Of a stretch of DNA of 64,000 nt, positions 48,607 through 58,731 are shown piece after piece; the first letter of the stretch is position 1; every line of letters begins with the position of its first letter. Both the position numbers and the translations under genes were made by a program. Source of the DNA: an uncultured delta proteobacterium (GTDB taxonomy: Bacteria; Desulfobacterota; Desulfomonilia; Desulfomonilales; Desulfomonilaceae). Under the pieces are notes generated by a model, which ran no database searches, was not told where the DNA came from, and saw only the letters and a list, made by a program, of their open reading frames with translations. The stretch is from NCBI GenBank assembly GCA_963789265.1, contig CAWBKB010000004.1, positions 160,001-224,000 of the forward strand, written 5' to 3'.

Positions 48607-50055
48607 ATGAATAGAGTCTTACTCTTTTTTTCCGCGCTCGCCGGGTTCCTCATACTTTGCCAGTGGTTCGTTTTTGTTTCGGTGAGGAAGCATCTCTTTC
48701 AGCGACACAATGTTATCAGCAGAAAAGTGGCCTATTCAGTTCTTGGATTGTTGGGCCTGACAAACCTTCTCGCCGTGAGATTGGGTTTTGGTGCGCTGTC
48801 TCCGGACACTCCGGCAAGTCTGATAACTGCGATTTCATATTTTAGCTACCTGGGATGGGTCTTGATCCTCTGCTTTTTTTTCCTCGGCTTGGAAGGGGTC
48901 TTTCAGGCGTTGCACTTGAAGGATATCGCTCTTTCGGCCATTAAATCGCGCATGGGCCGCGCAGAAAATCTTAGCGACTGTCAACAAGGCTGTGACGGCC
49001 CCGAGGGCTGCGAGGCGAGTCCGCCCGAGGCTCTATGCGTACAGAAGATGCTTCCAGGATGCAAAGCCGAGCAAGTTTTCTGCAAATCCGCCGGACAATC
49101 TAGGATGGAGGATCAATCACGGTTAGCCCCCTCTTCTTATGGCCTCTCACCCACTCGCCGCGAATTCCTCAGACGGTCCGCTGCGGTAGGGCTGGTCGCG
49201 GCCGGCGGCTATGCAGGTTACGGAATAGCGGGGGCCTACCGGCGGCCGGTAGTTGACGAATTCGATCTGTATTGCCACAAACTTGATGGACTGGCCCGAC
49301 CTCTCACATTCATTCAGGTAACCGATTTTCACTTTGGGATGTTTTTTGATAGTCCCGAACTCGAGCAAGTGGTTAAACTGGTCAATGCCCTGGAGGGAGA
49401 CGCGGTCTTCATAACAGGGGACATATTTCACTCACCGCTGACGCCTGTGGAGCACGCGATACCGATTCTCAAACAATTCAAGGCACGGCGCCTCGGCAAT
49501 TTTGTGGTACTGGGCAACCACGACTTTTACGCCGGGGAGTGGAGATCCGCAAAAAGTATTAGACAAAGCGGTCTTAGCCTGCTTCGAAATGAATGGATCA
49601 CGTTTAAGGAAAGCGGCGCGGAGATCCACCTGGGGGGTATCGACGATCCCAGGGTTAATTGGGTTTGGGGTTCAAGTTTTCCGAATTTCCCGGCCTTCAT
49701 AGCCAAAGCTCCCCGGTCGAAGGGAATGCGCATCGTGCTGTCACACCGGCCCAGCATTCTGCCTTTCGCGGCCGGGGCAGGAATCGATTTTGTGTTGTCC
49801 GGCCACATTCATGGCGGGCAGATGATTTTTCCTTATCCCGGTATCGATCGCGGGGTGAGCATTGCCCGCTTGGCATCCCCCTTCACTCACGGATGGTATC
49901 ATATAGGCGAAAGTAGGATGTATCTGAACCGCGGCATAGGACTCACGTTCGTCCCCTGGAGAATCAATTGTCCGCCGCAAATCGCCGTATTCCATCTTCA
50001 TCCTGACGGCAGTGAGAAGATCGGAGTGCGAAAAAGAGCTTCCAATCATGCTTGA
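48607..50055 (+). CDS. Membrane-anchored metallophosphoesterase (YkuE-like)
   Basis: N-terminal TM helices; TDFH, TGD, LGNHD, LSHRP, SGHIHGGQ and RGIG. Confidence 0.9.
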   Translation: MNRVLLFFSALAGFLILCQWFVFVSVRKHLFQRHNVISRKVAYSVLGLLGLTNLLAVRLGFGALSPDTPASLITAISYFSYLGWVLILCFFFLGLEGVFQALHLKDIALSAIKSRMGRAENLSDCQQGCDGPEGCEASPPEALCVQKMLPGCKAEQVFCKSAGQSRMEDQSRLAPSSYGLSPTRREFLRRSAAVGLVAAGGYAGYGIAGAYRRPVVDEFDLYCHKLDGLARPLTFIQVTDFHFGMFFDSPELEQVVKLVNALEGDAVFITGDIFHSPLTPVEHAIPILKQFKARRLGNFVVLGNHDFYAGEWRSAKSIRQSGLSLLRNEWITFKESGAEIHLGGIDDPRVNWVWGSSFPNFPAFIAKAPRSKGMRIVLSHRPSILPFAAGAGIDFVLSGHIHGGQMIFPYPGIDRGVSIARLASPFTHGWYHIGESRMYLNRGIGLTFVPWRINCPPQIAVFHLHPDGSEKIGVRKRASNHA

Positions 50056-50072
50056 AGAGTTGGATTGTCATC

Positions 50073-50345
50073 ATGAATAACGAAGAAGCGCTCGATCACC
50101 ACAAGAAGCTGGTCGATGCCGGATGGGTCAGGAGATTCACAGCCGAGGAGCCACGTCTTTCCGAGATGGCCGAATTCTACCGGTCCATCGGCTTGGATGT
50201 GCGCGTCGAATCGGGAAGTCCCGATGAAAGCGAGGAATGTCGAAGCTGCTTCGACGTGGAGGGATTCGAGACCCGATACAAGACTATTTATACTAAAGGC
50301 GAGCCCACGTGTGAGCAGGGCGAATCGGAAGATCTTTTCGACTAA
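50073..50345 (+). CDS. Hypothetical protein with CxxC
   Basis: GWVRRF..EPRLSE..YRSIG..CRSC..IYTK. Confidence 0.6.
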   Translation: MNNEEALDHHKKLVDAGWVRRFTAEEPRLSEMAEFYRSIGLDVRVESGSPDESEECRSCFDVEGFETRYKTIYTKGEPTCEQGESEDLFD

Positions 50346-50460
50346 AGCGATTCTCAAATGTGACAGCCGATATGGCGAATAACCTGGTAGCGACGGCCGG
50401 CGCGCGGAACGCTGATCTGCCGGGATCAAAGTAGGGTGGGCATCCTGCCCGCCGACTGAT

Positions 50461-50745
50461 TAATACCGATTCGTTTTCAAGCAAGTGAGACCGTGTGTCT
50501 GGTAGGGGCTGGTTTCAAACCCGCCCCTCCGCGTAATCATGCCCCTCGCGCTGCAACCAATGGCACCGGCCTCTGTGCCCGCAGTTCACGAGTCACCGGC
50601 GGGACGCCGGCGCTACTGCCGGATCGGAAATTCCATAGGCTCTAACTCAACGATTTGCCTCCCTTTATTAAAGAGGGGCACGAGGGATTTTGAGATAACT
50701 AATTGAAAATCCCCCTAAATCCCCCTTTACAAAAGGGGGACGTCG
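50461..50745. repeat. Composite of MITE family A end and REP-like palindromes
   Basis: ATACCGATTCG..CAAGCAAGTGAGACCGTGT (reverse orientation of the family A end), AGGGGC.GGTTTCAAACCCGCCCCT and CCCCCTTTACAAAAGGGGG. Confidence 0.55.
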
Positions 50746-50936
50746 AAGGCCGTAAGTTGTCTTAAGTGCTCAAGACCAAGCAGCCAACTCTATTTTGACG
50801 CTTGGGTGCCACTGATCTGGGCTTTGTCAGATCCGTGCCGGCTTCGGCGAATGTTCCATTGTTTCACCGTGAACCGATATGGACCGACTCCAGGGAGTCG
50901 GCGTGTCGAAATACGTTGAGCAGTTCCGAGCACTAC

Positions 50937-51932
50937 TCACTTGGCCGTGGAAACAAGCTGATTCATGTGATCCCCGTCCCGAATCATCCGGACCTCCTTG
51001 AACCCCGCGTGCTCCAAATCGTCCCTGACCTCTGCGAATGTGTATGCAGTGCCTGCCGTAGTTGCTGCCAACATATTTACCGCGAACATAGCGCCGTCCG
51101 GGGGAGAAATGCGGGTGGAGTTCAGAAAGTAGTCCCTGATGAGTATAGAGCCGCCCGGTGCCAAGGCTTCATGAATTTTAGCGAAAAGCTCCCGATTAAC
51201 ATCTCGGCCGTTGCTGTGAATGATTGCGGACAACAATACGAGGTCATGGCCTTTCGGCAATTCATCGACGGTGTAGTCTCCCGCCACTACCTGAACCCGG
51301 TCAGTGAGACCGTTTTCAGCGATGCGCTTCCGTGCCATCTCCACGACGCCGGGAAGATCGAACACGGTGGCGGTCATGTGCGGAGCTCTCTCCAGAAACG
51401 CCATTGTGTAGGTCCCGGACGCTCCGCCGACGTCCAGCATTCGCGTGAAAGGTTTCAGATCGACTGACGCGGCAATTTCTTTAGCCATCTTTAGACCGAT
51501 GAAGTGCATCGCGCCGATAAAGGCTTTCATGTCTTCGCCGGGTTGAGACAAGATGTCTTTGCGATTCGGATTACTGCCCGTCTTAACGATCTCGGTGAGA
51601 TGTGACCATGTCTCCCACATGGTTCCTCTATGCAGGACCATAGGGAGTATGGAATCCTTCCCACCTTTGACCAATAAGCCCTGAATGGACGGATTCACGC
51701 TGTAGTGACCGTCGGGTGAACGGTTCAAGATTCCCTGGGCTGCCAGGGCATCCATTAATATCGTCAGTCCGCGAAGGCTCCAGCCCTGCTCCCTGCACAG
51801 CTCGCCCGCGGTCCGAGGCCGTTCTTCCAGCTTAGTAAAGAGGTCGAGCTGGGCCGCGGTCAAAAGTATTCTACATTCTTGAAATGAGCTGGTGACTTCG
51901 TGAAGTCTTCGCTCGTTCCACTGATCGGACAT
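50937..51932 (-). CDS. SAM-dependent O-methyltransferase (ASMT/BchU-like, with dimerisation domain)
   Basis: LDVGGASG, VFDLP, AGDY, LSAIIH and LAPGG. Confidence 0.9.
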   Translation of the reverse strand: MSDQWNERRLHEVTSSFQECRILLTAAQLDLFTKLEERPRTAGELCREQGWSLRGLTILMDALAAQGILNRSPDGHYSVNPSIQGLLVKGGKDSILPMVLHRGTMWETWSHLTEIVKTGSNPNRKDILSQPGEDMKAFIGAMHFIGLKMAKEIAASVDLKPFTRMLDVGGASGTYTMAFLERAPHMTATVFDLPGVVEMARKRIAENGLTDRVQVVAGDYTVDELPKGHDLVLLSAIIHSNGRDVNRELFAKIHEALAPGGSILIRDYFLNSTRISPPDGAMFAVNMLAATTAGTAYTFAEVRDDLEHAGFKEVRMIRDGDHMNQLVSTAK

Positions 51933-52311
51933 CTTGATTCACCTCCTGGGGAGAACGAATGTTGAGTATTCGATTTCCTGAATTCGGCCTCTTGTTTCAG
52001 ACAATGTCGTTTGTGCTTGCAATCCTATCCTACGCCGTCACCTCGGACTCAGATCCGGGGTCCAGTCTGTCCAGCGTCGCGCGGGACCGCGTGCGCGATA
52101 ATGGTAGGTTGGAAAACCTGCCCCACGCAAGTCAGGATTCCCGCGTGCGCGAGAATGACCGCAACGGCAGCAGAATGCGCGACCGTATTTGCGCCATAGT
52201 GTAAAAGCCATGCTGCTACCTCGATCTACTATATCGAAGGAAGGCCCACGTTGATAAACGGTAAGTCTGATCTCTCAGCTCCAGACGGAAAAATGCGTAG
52301 GGGGACCATGC

Positions 52312-52339
52312 TTGACAACCACCCTCTTAAGTTTATTCT
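52312..52339 (+). promoter_or_regulatory. Candidate sigma70 promoter
   Basis: TTGACA-N16-TATTCT upstream of ATG 52373. Confidence 0.5.
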
Positions 52340-52372
52340 AAACATTATACGCTCGGTCAAAAGAGGTGCGAG

Positions 52373-52528
52373 ATGAAATGGCTTGTTGGAGGCGTCCTTG
52401 GGGCGTTGGCTGGTTTTGGCGTGTATCTGGTTGGCGTTAACCTTCAGTCCGGCTGAGCCTTGTGGTGCAACCCGGTCCTGGCCGTTATTATCGGAACCTT
52501 GATCGGTACGGCGATCTCCTCCGTGTGA
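52373..52528 (+). CDS. Putative 51-aa two-TM selenoprotein (in-frame TGA at 52454-56; not in the ORF track)
   Basis: RBS GAGGTG. Reads MKWLVGGVLGALAGFGVYLVGVNLQSG-U-ALWCNPVLAVIIGTLIGTAISSV*; the second TM helix lies beyond the TGA. Confidence 0.6.
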
Positions 52529-52573
52529 GGAAGATATCACAAGATGCTTCAGCCTTACCAACTTGAGGGCAAT

Positions 52574-53713
52574 ATGGGAAAGCATCTGGTCTTTGTGGGA
52601 GGGGGCCATGCCCACTTAACGTCCTTGGTCAACATTCAGGACTACATCAATTTGGGGCATAAGGTTTCCCTCATAAGTCCTGTAACACATCATTACTACT
52701 CCGGCATGGGCCCCGGACTCCTCTCAGGAATTTACCGTCCGGAAGAGGTCCGATTTCATATCAAGAAACTTGTCGAAGATCAAGGGGCTGCCTTTGTGAG
52801 AGGTTACGTTGTCCGCGTCGACGCGGATAGACGCTTGCTGATTTTGGACTCGGGCGATGAAATTCCTTACGATGTAGCCTCTTTCAACACGGGAAGCTCA
52901 GTCCCGCTGGATGGAATCAATGATAACCCGAAGAAAGTCTATCCTGTCAAACCTATAGTCAACCTGCTCAAGGCAAGAAAAGTAATACTGGACAAGATCC
53001 GCACGGGTGTACCACGTCTGTTGGTGATCGGCGGAGGCCCCGCTGGTGTCGAACTTTCCGGTAATGTCTGGCGCTTAATCCATGACAACGGAGGCCGAGC
53101 TGAAATATCCCTTGCTTCCGGCGGAAATCTCCTGTCTTCCTTTCCGGAGAGAGTGCGCAACCTGGCCCTTTCCTCTTTAGAGGAACGGCGCATCGAAGTG
53201 GTGGAGGGGGCGCAAATCAGCCGATTTGCAGACGGGGAAGCTGTGCTGGCAGACGGTAGGCGTATCCCTTACGATGTGGCGTTTGCCGCTTTGGGGGTGA
53301 AGCCTTCGGGAATATTCGCGGAATCCGGTCTACCGTCAGGCCATGATGGCGGCCTACTGGTGAATTCACGCCTCCAAAGCGTTGCGTACCCGGAGATCTT
53401 CGGAGGCGGCGACTGTGTTTCTCTCCAGGGATCGACTCTAGATAAGGTCGGCGTCTATGCGGTACGGCAAAACCCGGTGCTTCACCAGAACCTCGTAGCG
53501 ACCCTCTCCGGCAAGCCTTTAGAAACGTTCACGCCTCAGCGATTCTACCTCCTAATTTTCAATCTTGGCGACGGCACGGGTATTTTTGTGAGAAAATCAT
53601 GGGTGTGGAGCGGCAGGCTTGCTTTCCGGTTCAAGGATTACCTGGATCGCTCTTTTATGCGGAAGTTTCAGGTTTCCGGAGAACGGGAGGATCATTCTGA
53701 AGTGTTGGACTGA
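52574..53713 (+). CDS. FAD-dependent pyridine nucleotide-disulfide oxidoreductase (resembles the domain fused N-terminally to SelD)
   Basis: HLVFVGGGHAHL, YYSGMGPG, PVKP, GGGPAGVE, FGGGDC, KVGVYAVRQ and KDYLDRSFM. Confidence 0.8.
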   Translation: MGKHLVFVGGGHAHLTSLVNIQDYINLGHKVSLISPVTHHYYSGMGPGLLSGIYRPEEVRFHIKKLVEDQGAAFVRGYVVRVDADRRLLILDSGDEIPYDVASFNTGSSVPLDGINDNPKKVYPVKPIVNLLKARKVILDKIRTGVPRLLVIGGGPAGVELSGNVWRLIHDNGGRAEISLASGGNLLSSFPERVRNLALSSLEERRIEVVEGAQISRFADGEAVLADGRRIPYDVAFAALGVKPSGIFAESGLPSGHDGGLLVNSRLQSVAYPEIFGGGDCVSLQGSTLDKVGVYAVRQNPVLHQNLVATLSGKPLETFTPQRFYLLIFNLGDGTGIFVRKSWVWSGRLAFRFKDYLDRSFMRKFQVSGEREDHSEVLD

Positions 53714-53771
53714 AGGCGGCGGCCGCATGCGGTCGGTGCACGGGACCTTCCAGTCCAACAAAGGCACTATA

Positions 53772-53925
53772 GCGGTTCTCAAAGGTAATCGCGGAAAAAG
53801 AAGACGGCTTGGTGGCGACGGGCATCTTGCCCGTCATTCCCAATAGACAGGCTGGAAGCCTGTCCCACCAATTCAAATAAGTTGCGACACGCATCGTGTG
53901 TGACGACAATACTTTTGAGAATTAC
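53772..53925. mobile_element. MITE-like element (family C), copy 2
   Basis: Collinear with 23171-23337 (GGCTTGGTGGCGACG, CCCAATAGACAGGCTGGAAGCCTGTCCCACCAAT, ACGACAATACTTTTGAGAAT). Confidence 0.75.
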
Positions 53926-53946
53926 TGTAGACACAGGATCAAGCAA

Positions 53947-55101
53947 ATGGAAAGACCGGTTTATCTCGATTACAACGGCACTACGCCTCATGACCCTGAA
54001 GTCGTAGAAGCGATGAAGCTTTTTTTGGATGAGGAGTTCGGTAACCCGTCCAGTACCCACTGGTACGGTATTGCCCCCAAAAGAGCCATAATTCAAGCGA
54101 GAAGGCAAGTAGCATCGATTTTGAATTGCGATCCCGAAGAAATCATTTTCACGAGCGGCGGAACTGAATCAAATAATAACGCAATACTTGGTATTGCCTT
54201 TGAAAATCGACACAAAGGGAACCATATCATTACCAGTCTGATCGAGCATCCCGCGGTGCTCGAAGTCTGCCGCTTTTTGGAAGAAAGAGGCTTCAGGACA
54301 ACGTACGTGCCGGTCGATGAATTCGGCATGGTAACCGTTTCCGATGTTGAGGAAGCCATCACCCCTCAGACCATTCTGATCACTATAATGCACGCAAACA
54401 ACGAAGTGGGAACCACCCAGCCTGTCGAAGAGATTGCTTCACTCGCTCGGAGCCACGGCATAGTGATGCACACCGATGCAGCCCAATCAATAGGTAAGAT
54501 ACCTACGGACGTGCAAGCGTTGGGAGTCGATCTGCTGTCCGTGGCAGGCCACAAATTGTACGCTCCCAAAGGGATCGGAGCGCTCTACATTCGCCACGGA
54601 ATACGGCTCCAAAAGTTTATGCTGGGAGCGGGCCAGGAGATGGGGAAAAGAGCCGGCACCGAAAATGTGCTCGAAATCGTCGGGCTTGCTAAGGCATGTG
54701 AGATCGCGCTGCGCGATTTAGAAAAGAACACGGACCGTATGAAGCACACCAGAGACATGCTTCACGATAGTCTGAAAGCGAGACTTGAGCATATAAGACT
54801 CAACGGACATCCTGAAAGACGTCTGCCGAATACCCTCAATTTGTCTTTTCTCGGCCTCGAAGCCAACAGAATTTTGGAAGAGATCGGATTGGAAGTAGCA
54901 GCCTCTGCGGGAGCAGCCTGCCATTCAGACCAGGTGCAGATTTCGCATGTGCTCGAAGCAATGAGCGTGCCGATTGACTGGGCCAAGGGGACGCTGCGGT
55001 TCACCACCGGTAGAATGACGACTGAAACAGAGATTGCTCGGGCTGCGAACGTTATTGTCGATGCGGTAACGAGGTTGCGAGAGCACGCTGACGAGCGGTG
55101 A
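53947..55101 (+). CDS. Group I cysteine desulfurase / selenocysteine lyase (NifS/IscS-like)
   Basis: YLDYNGTTP, FGNPSS, SGGTESNN, HTDAAQ, GHKLYAPKG and SAGAACHS. Confidence 0.92.
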   Translation: MERPVYLDYNGTTPHDPEVVEAMKLFLDEEFGNPSSTHWYGIAPKRAIIQARRQVASILNCDPEEIIFTSGGTESNNNAILGIAFENRHKGNHIITSLIEHPAVLEVCRFLEERGFRTTYVPVDEFGMVTVSDVEEAITPQTILITIMHANNEVGTTQPVEEIASLARSHGIVMHTDAAQSIGKIPTDVQALGVDLLSVAGHKLYAPKGIGALYIRHGIRLQKFMLGAGQEMGKRAGTENVLEIVGLAKACEIALRDLEKNTDRMKHTRDMLHDSLKARLEHIRLNGHPERRLPNTLNLSFLGLEANRILEEIGLEVAASAGAACHSDQVQISHVLEAMSVPIDWAKGTLRFTTGRMTTETEIARAANVIVDAVTRLREHADER

Positions 55102-55144
55102 AATTGGCTGCTAGCGATGACACGGCAGCCGTGATTCACCCGGC

Positions 55145-57433
55145 TCACGCGATTCCTTGTTTCGAGTACTTTTCCAAGATGTTAATCATTTGAGGGTACC
55201 TACGCTCGCTAGCTATCGAAAACGGTGTCCTTCCATTCGCATCAGCTACGTCGGTGGATGCTCCCCAAGCAAGCAGCATTTCCACCACGTCCGCTTGGGA
55301 TTTGTCGCATGCCCAGATGAGGGCTGTACTGCCATCATGATCCGCGGCTTCGAGATCCGGTCCGGTAGCAAGGACAAGTTTCACAACCTCGGTCCGGCCA
55401 CTAATGCAGGCCCAGATCAAGGCTGTGCGTCCGCTTTTGTCCTGGGCGTCTATAGCGACGTCGTGGTCCAGCAAGGTTTCCACGATTTCCGGGGTTCCAT
55501 AGAGCGCGGCCCACATAAATACTGTTCTCCCGGCATTGTCGTGAATGTTGACGTTCGCTCCGTGAGTTAGCAGAAGCTTGGCAACCTCCTCGCGATTTCG
55601 ATAACATGCCCACATCAAAGCGGTCCTCCCAGCCTTGTCTTTGGCGTTGAGGTCGACAACAGCCGGCAGCAGATGCTCTACATCTTCCAGACTACCCGCT
55701 ATGCACGCCTCTATGAGCACTTCGGCATCTATTTCGACCTCCCCATTCTCGTCCAACACGATCGAAGAAGTGGAGGCGACCCCGGGTGCGGATTCCTCTA
55801 TATCGGCACTCAAGTTCGCGTCTGCGATCTGCGGCGGAAAATCCACTTTGGCACCCGCATCTGTGAGCAGGCGGACCACATGCCAGTGGCTTTTTGTCGA
55901 CGCCCAGTCCACAGCAGTAAGTCCAGCCGCATCTTTCATCTCAACATCAGCTCCGTGGTCCAGGAGAAATTCCACCACTTCGCTCAGCCCTTTGTAAGAG
56001 GCTCTCATTAAAGCAGTGAGCCCATGCTTGTTTGCAGCGTTAATCTGCGCGCCATGTTCCAGCAGGATTCGCGCAACCTCTGTTTGCCCAACGGAGCAGG
56101 CTTTCATCAGAGCGGTCTTCCCTGCATTGTCCTGCATTTCCACACTGGCGCCGCGTTGCAGCAGGAGTTGCACGATTTCCGCGTGACCTTTGTATGCGGC
56201 CCTCATAAGAGGCGTAAGACCATATTTGTTTCCGGCGTTGACATTTGCTCCTAAGTCCAGTAGCCGCTGCACTGCGTCAATCAGCCCGGAACCCGCAGCA
56301 TCAATCAAATCTTTATTTCCGTATTTGGAGAGTGCTTCCACGAGGAATCCGCGCTCCAGAGTCAGTTCCAGAGTGTCGGTATCACCTCCGTCCGGGGCCT
56401 CCAACATCGCCTCAATAGTCTTTTCGGCTTCCGATGTGATAGCTGCCCCTCTCTCCAAGAGAAGTTCAACCACCTCGCCGTGCGATTCCTGGGAGGCCCA
56501 AACCAGAGCGGTCATGCCGGCCTTGTCTCCAATGTCAAAATCAGCTCCACGGTCCAACAAGAGGTTTACCACTGAGATACGGCCGACCCGAGCACCCCAC
56601 ATGAGGGCGGTGCGTCCTGCTTTGTCCTGGCGATTGATTTCGACACCCGTGTCCAGAAGAGATTTCACAACGGCCAAATGGCCTCTATCCGAGGCCACCA
56701 TGAGAGGGGTCCATCCTGCATTGTCTTCGATGTCGGGATCGGCCCCCTTTTCAAGCAGGAGTTCGACTATTTCAAGAAAGCCTCTGTGAGCCGCTTTCGC
56801 GAGAGCGGTTCTCCCGGCCTTGTCAACTGCATTCACGTCTAGTCTATGCTTGAAAAGCAAGTTCATCATGCCAACATGGCGATCGAACGCCGCCATCATC
56901 AGAGGGCTTCTGCCGGCATCGTCTTTCGCGTTGGGATTCGCCCCTTTGTCCAAAAGTCTCGCGACTATGATTGGGCGGCCGGCTGTCAAGGCAACCATAA
57001 GAGCGGTCTTGCCATCTGAAGTCCGAGCCTCTACGTTGGCACCGGCGTTCAGGAGTATGCCGAACAATTCCAGGTGTCCATAATATACGGCAGCCATCAG
57101 AGGGGTGTACCCTTGATTGTCCTGGCCTTCAAGGTCAGCGCCCAGTCCTAAGAGGACCCGGGCTGCCATTGTTTGGCCTGTAATGCAAGCCGCCATCAAG
57201 GCCGTGCACCCTTTTTCGTCTTTTGCATTCACATTGGGCTTCCGTTCAAGAAGTTCCTTGACTACCCGATAATGACCGCCGTACATGGCCTTCATCAAGG
57301 GTGTAGCGCCGGATACGTCCCGCGAGTCGACGCTCACACCTTTTGCCAAAAGGTGTCGCACTTGATCGGGCTGATTCTTTTGGACAGCCTCAAACAGTGC
57401 TCTGCTTTTGTCTCGTACAAAAAGCATCGCCAT
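55145..57433 (-). CDS. Ankyrin-repeat protein
   Basis: Many tandem G.TALM.A..G..EVV..LL..GA.VN units. Confidence 0.95.
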   Translation of the reverse strand: MAMLFVRDKSRALFEAVQKNQPDQVRHLLAKGVSVDSRDVSGATPLMKAMYGGHYRVVKELLERKPNVNAKDEKGCTALMAACITGQTMAARVLLGLGADLEGQDNQGYTPLMAAVYYGHLELFGILLNAGANVEARTSDGKTALMVALTAGRPIIVARLLDKGANPNAKDDAGRSPLMMAAFDRHVGMMNLLFKHRLDVNAVDKAGRTALAKAAHRGFLEIVELLLEKGADPDIEDNAGWTPLMVASDRGHLAVVKSLLDTGVEINRQDKAGRTALMWGARVGRISVVNLLLDRGADFDIGDKAGMTALVWASQESHGEVVELLLERGAAITSEAEKTIEAMLEAPDGGDTDTLELTLERGFLVEALSKYGNKDLIDAAGSGLIDAVQRLLDLGANVNAGNKYGLTPLMRAAYKGHAEIVQLLLQRGASVEMQDNAGKTALMKACSVGQTEVARILLEHGAQINAANKHGLTALMRASYKGLSEVVEFLLDHGADVEMKDAAGLTAVDWASTKSHWHVVRLLTDAGAKVDFPPQIADANLSADIEESAPGVASTSSIVLDENGEVEIDAEVLIEACIAGSLEDVEHLLPAVVDLNAKDKAGRTALMWACYRNREEVAKLLLTHGANVNIHDNAGRTVFMWAALYGTPEIVETLLDHDVAIDAQDKSGRTALIWACISGRTEVVKLVLATGPDLEAADHDGSTALIWACDKSQADVVEMLLAWGASTDVADANGRTPFSIASERRYPQMINILEKYSKQGIA

Positions 57434-57631
57434 CTCACCGTCCTGTTTCGGGGTATGGAGAAACCGGAAGGAGCAGTTGCGCCAAATGGGACGAACGCAT
57501 TCTTGGTTTTAACCCGGATCCGCGCTTTCAGTCGCCCATCCGGATCTGCCACTTAAACAAAATAAACAATCCGTTTGGAGAAAGGAAGGGCAGAGAAGGA
57601 AACTCCTGTCCTCACTTCTTCGCAGGACTCC

Positions 57632-58378
57632 TTAATCTCGGCTTCTCAATTTAGTGAGCAGCCGCAGCACCTCTATATAGAGCCAAACCAAGGTCACCAT
57701 GAGGCCAAAGGCGGCATACCACTCCATGTACTTCGGCGCCCCGCGTCGGGCTCCGCTGTCAATGAAATCAAAATCGAGAACAAGATTCAGAGCGGCCACG
57801 ACGACCACAAACAGGCTGAATCCTATTCCAAATAACCCGTTGTCATAGATATAGGGCACGTGCAAGCCAAACAGGTTCAAAATGATCGATGCCAGGTACA
57901 CGAGGGCAATCCCGCCGGTGGCAGCGACCACACCAAGTTTGAAATTCTCTGTCGCCTTTATGAGCCCGGATGTATAGGCCATCAATACCACAACGCACGT
58001 CCCGAAAGTGAGACCCACAGCTTGCAGTACTATGCCGGGATACCGAGATTCCGCCAGCGCGGATATACCTCCAATAAAAAGGCCCTCAAGAAGCGCATAT
58101 ATGGGCGACGTAACCGGAGCCCACTGCTGTTTAAATACAGTTACAAGAGCGACGATAAAACCGCCGATAGCTCCTCCTATCATCCACGGAGTCACAGCAG
58201 CAGGATTTGAAGTACTAAAGAAGAGGTGCCAGGTCCACAGAGTGGTCAGCAAGACACAGCCTAAGAGGAGCGCAGCCTTATTCACCGCGCCTTGGGCGGT
58301 CATCGCTTCATCGGTTTGCACATAGCCACCGAATTGAGCAAACGTATTTTCGTTAAGTGCGGGATTACTTGTCCTCAT
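57632..58378 (-). CDS. Bax inhibitor-1/YccA-family membrane protein
   Basis: MRTSNP, YALLEG, LVLDFD..GAPKYMEWY and LVWLYIEVLRLL. Confidence 0.9.
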   Translation of the reverse strand: MRTSNPALNENTFAQFGGYVQTDEAMTAQGAVNKAALLLGCVLLTTLWTWHLFFSTSNPAAVTPWMIGGAIGGFIVALVTVFKQQWAPVTSPIYALLEGLFIGGISALAESRYPGIVLQAVGLTFGTCVVVLMAYTSGLIKATENFKLGVVAATGGIALVYLASIILNLFGLHVPYIYDNGLFGIGFSLFVVVVAALNLVLDFDFIDSGARRGAPKYMEWYAAFGLMVTLVWLYIEVLRLLTKLRSRD

Positions 58379-58731
58379 CTTGTTTTTGCCCCCTTTAATT
58401 TGTTTTCAGTTATAGCACTCCCGCCGATTACGTCAATGATTCCATCCGAGTATTGCTGTCCGTAGACGATTTGGCCTATAAGCATTTCAGCACCTCAGTT
58501 GACCGAGATAACTAAAACTATTAAATCCGTAGTCAAAAAAATAATTCGAGCGATGAAAGAAAGCCGTTGAGAAAATCGCCGGCTTTGTGTAAATGCCATG
58601 AACACAAAAAAGGCCGAGGCTGAGTTGTTCCATCTGGTAACCTGAGCCCAAGTGAGGCTGACAAAGACTTGTTGAAGGGGCACGGAAGCAGCGCGGTGCT
58701 GAAGTATTATAATCCTCGGAGAAACATAGTT

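Noticed and set aside
49147..49230. Tat signal (SPTRREFL) in the metallophosphoesterase
   Set aside because: It is internal, after TM helices; a common feature of this family rather than an N-terminal export signal.
55145..57433. Periodic DNA repeats as a CRISPR or tandem array
   Set aside because: They are coding ankyrin repeats; no identical direct repeats with spacers. No CRISPR, tRNA or rRNA was recognised in the window.
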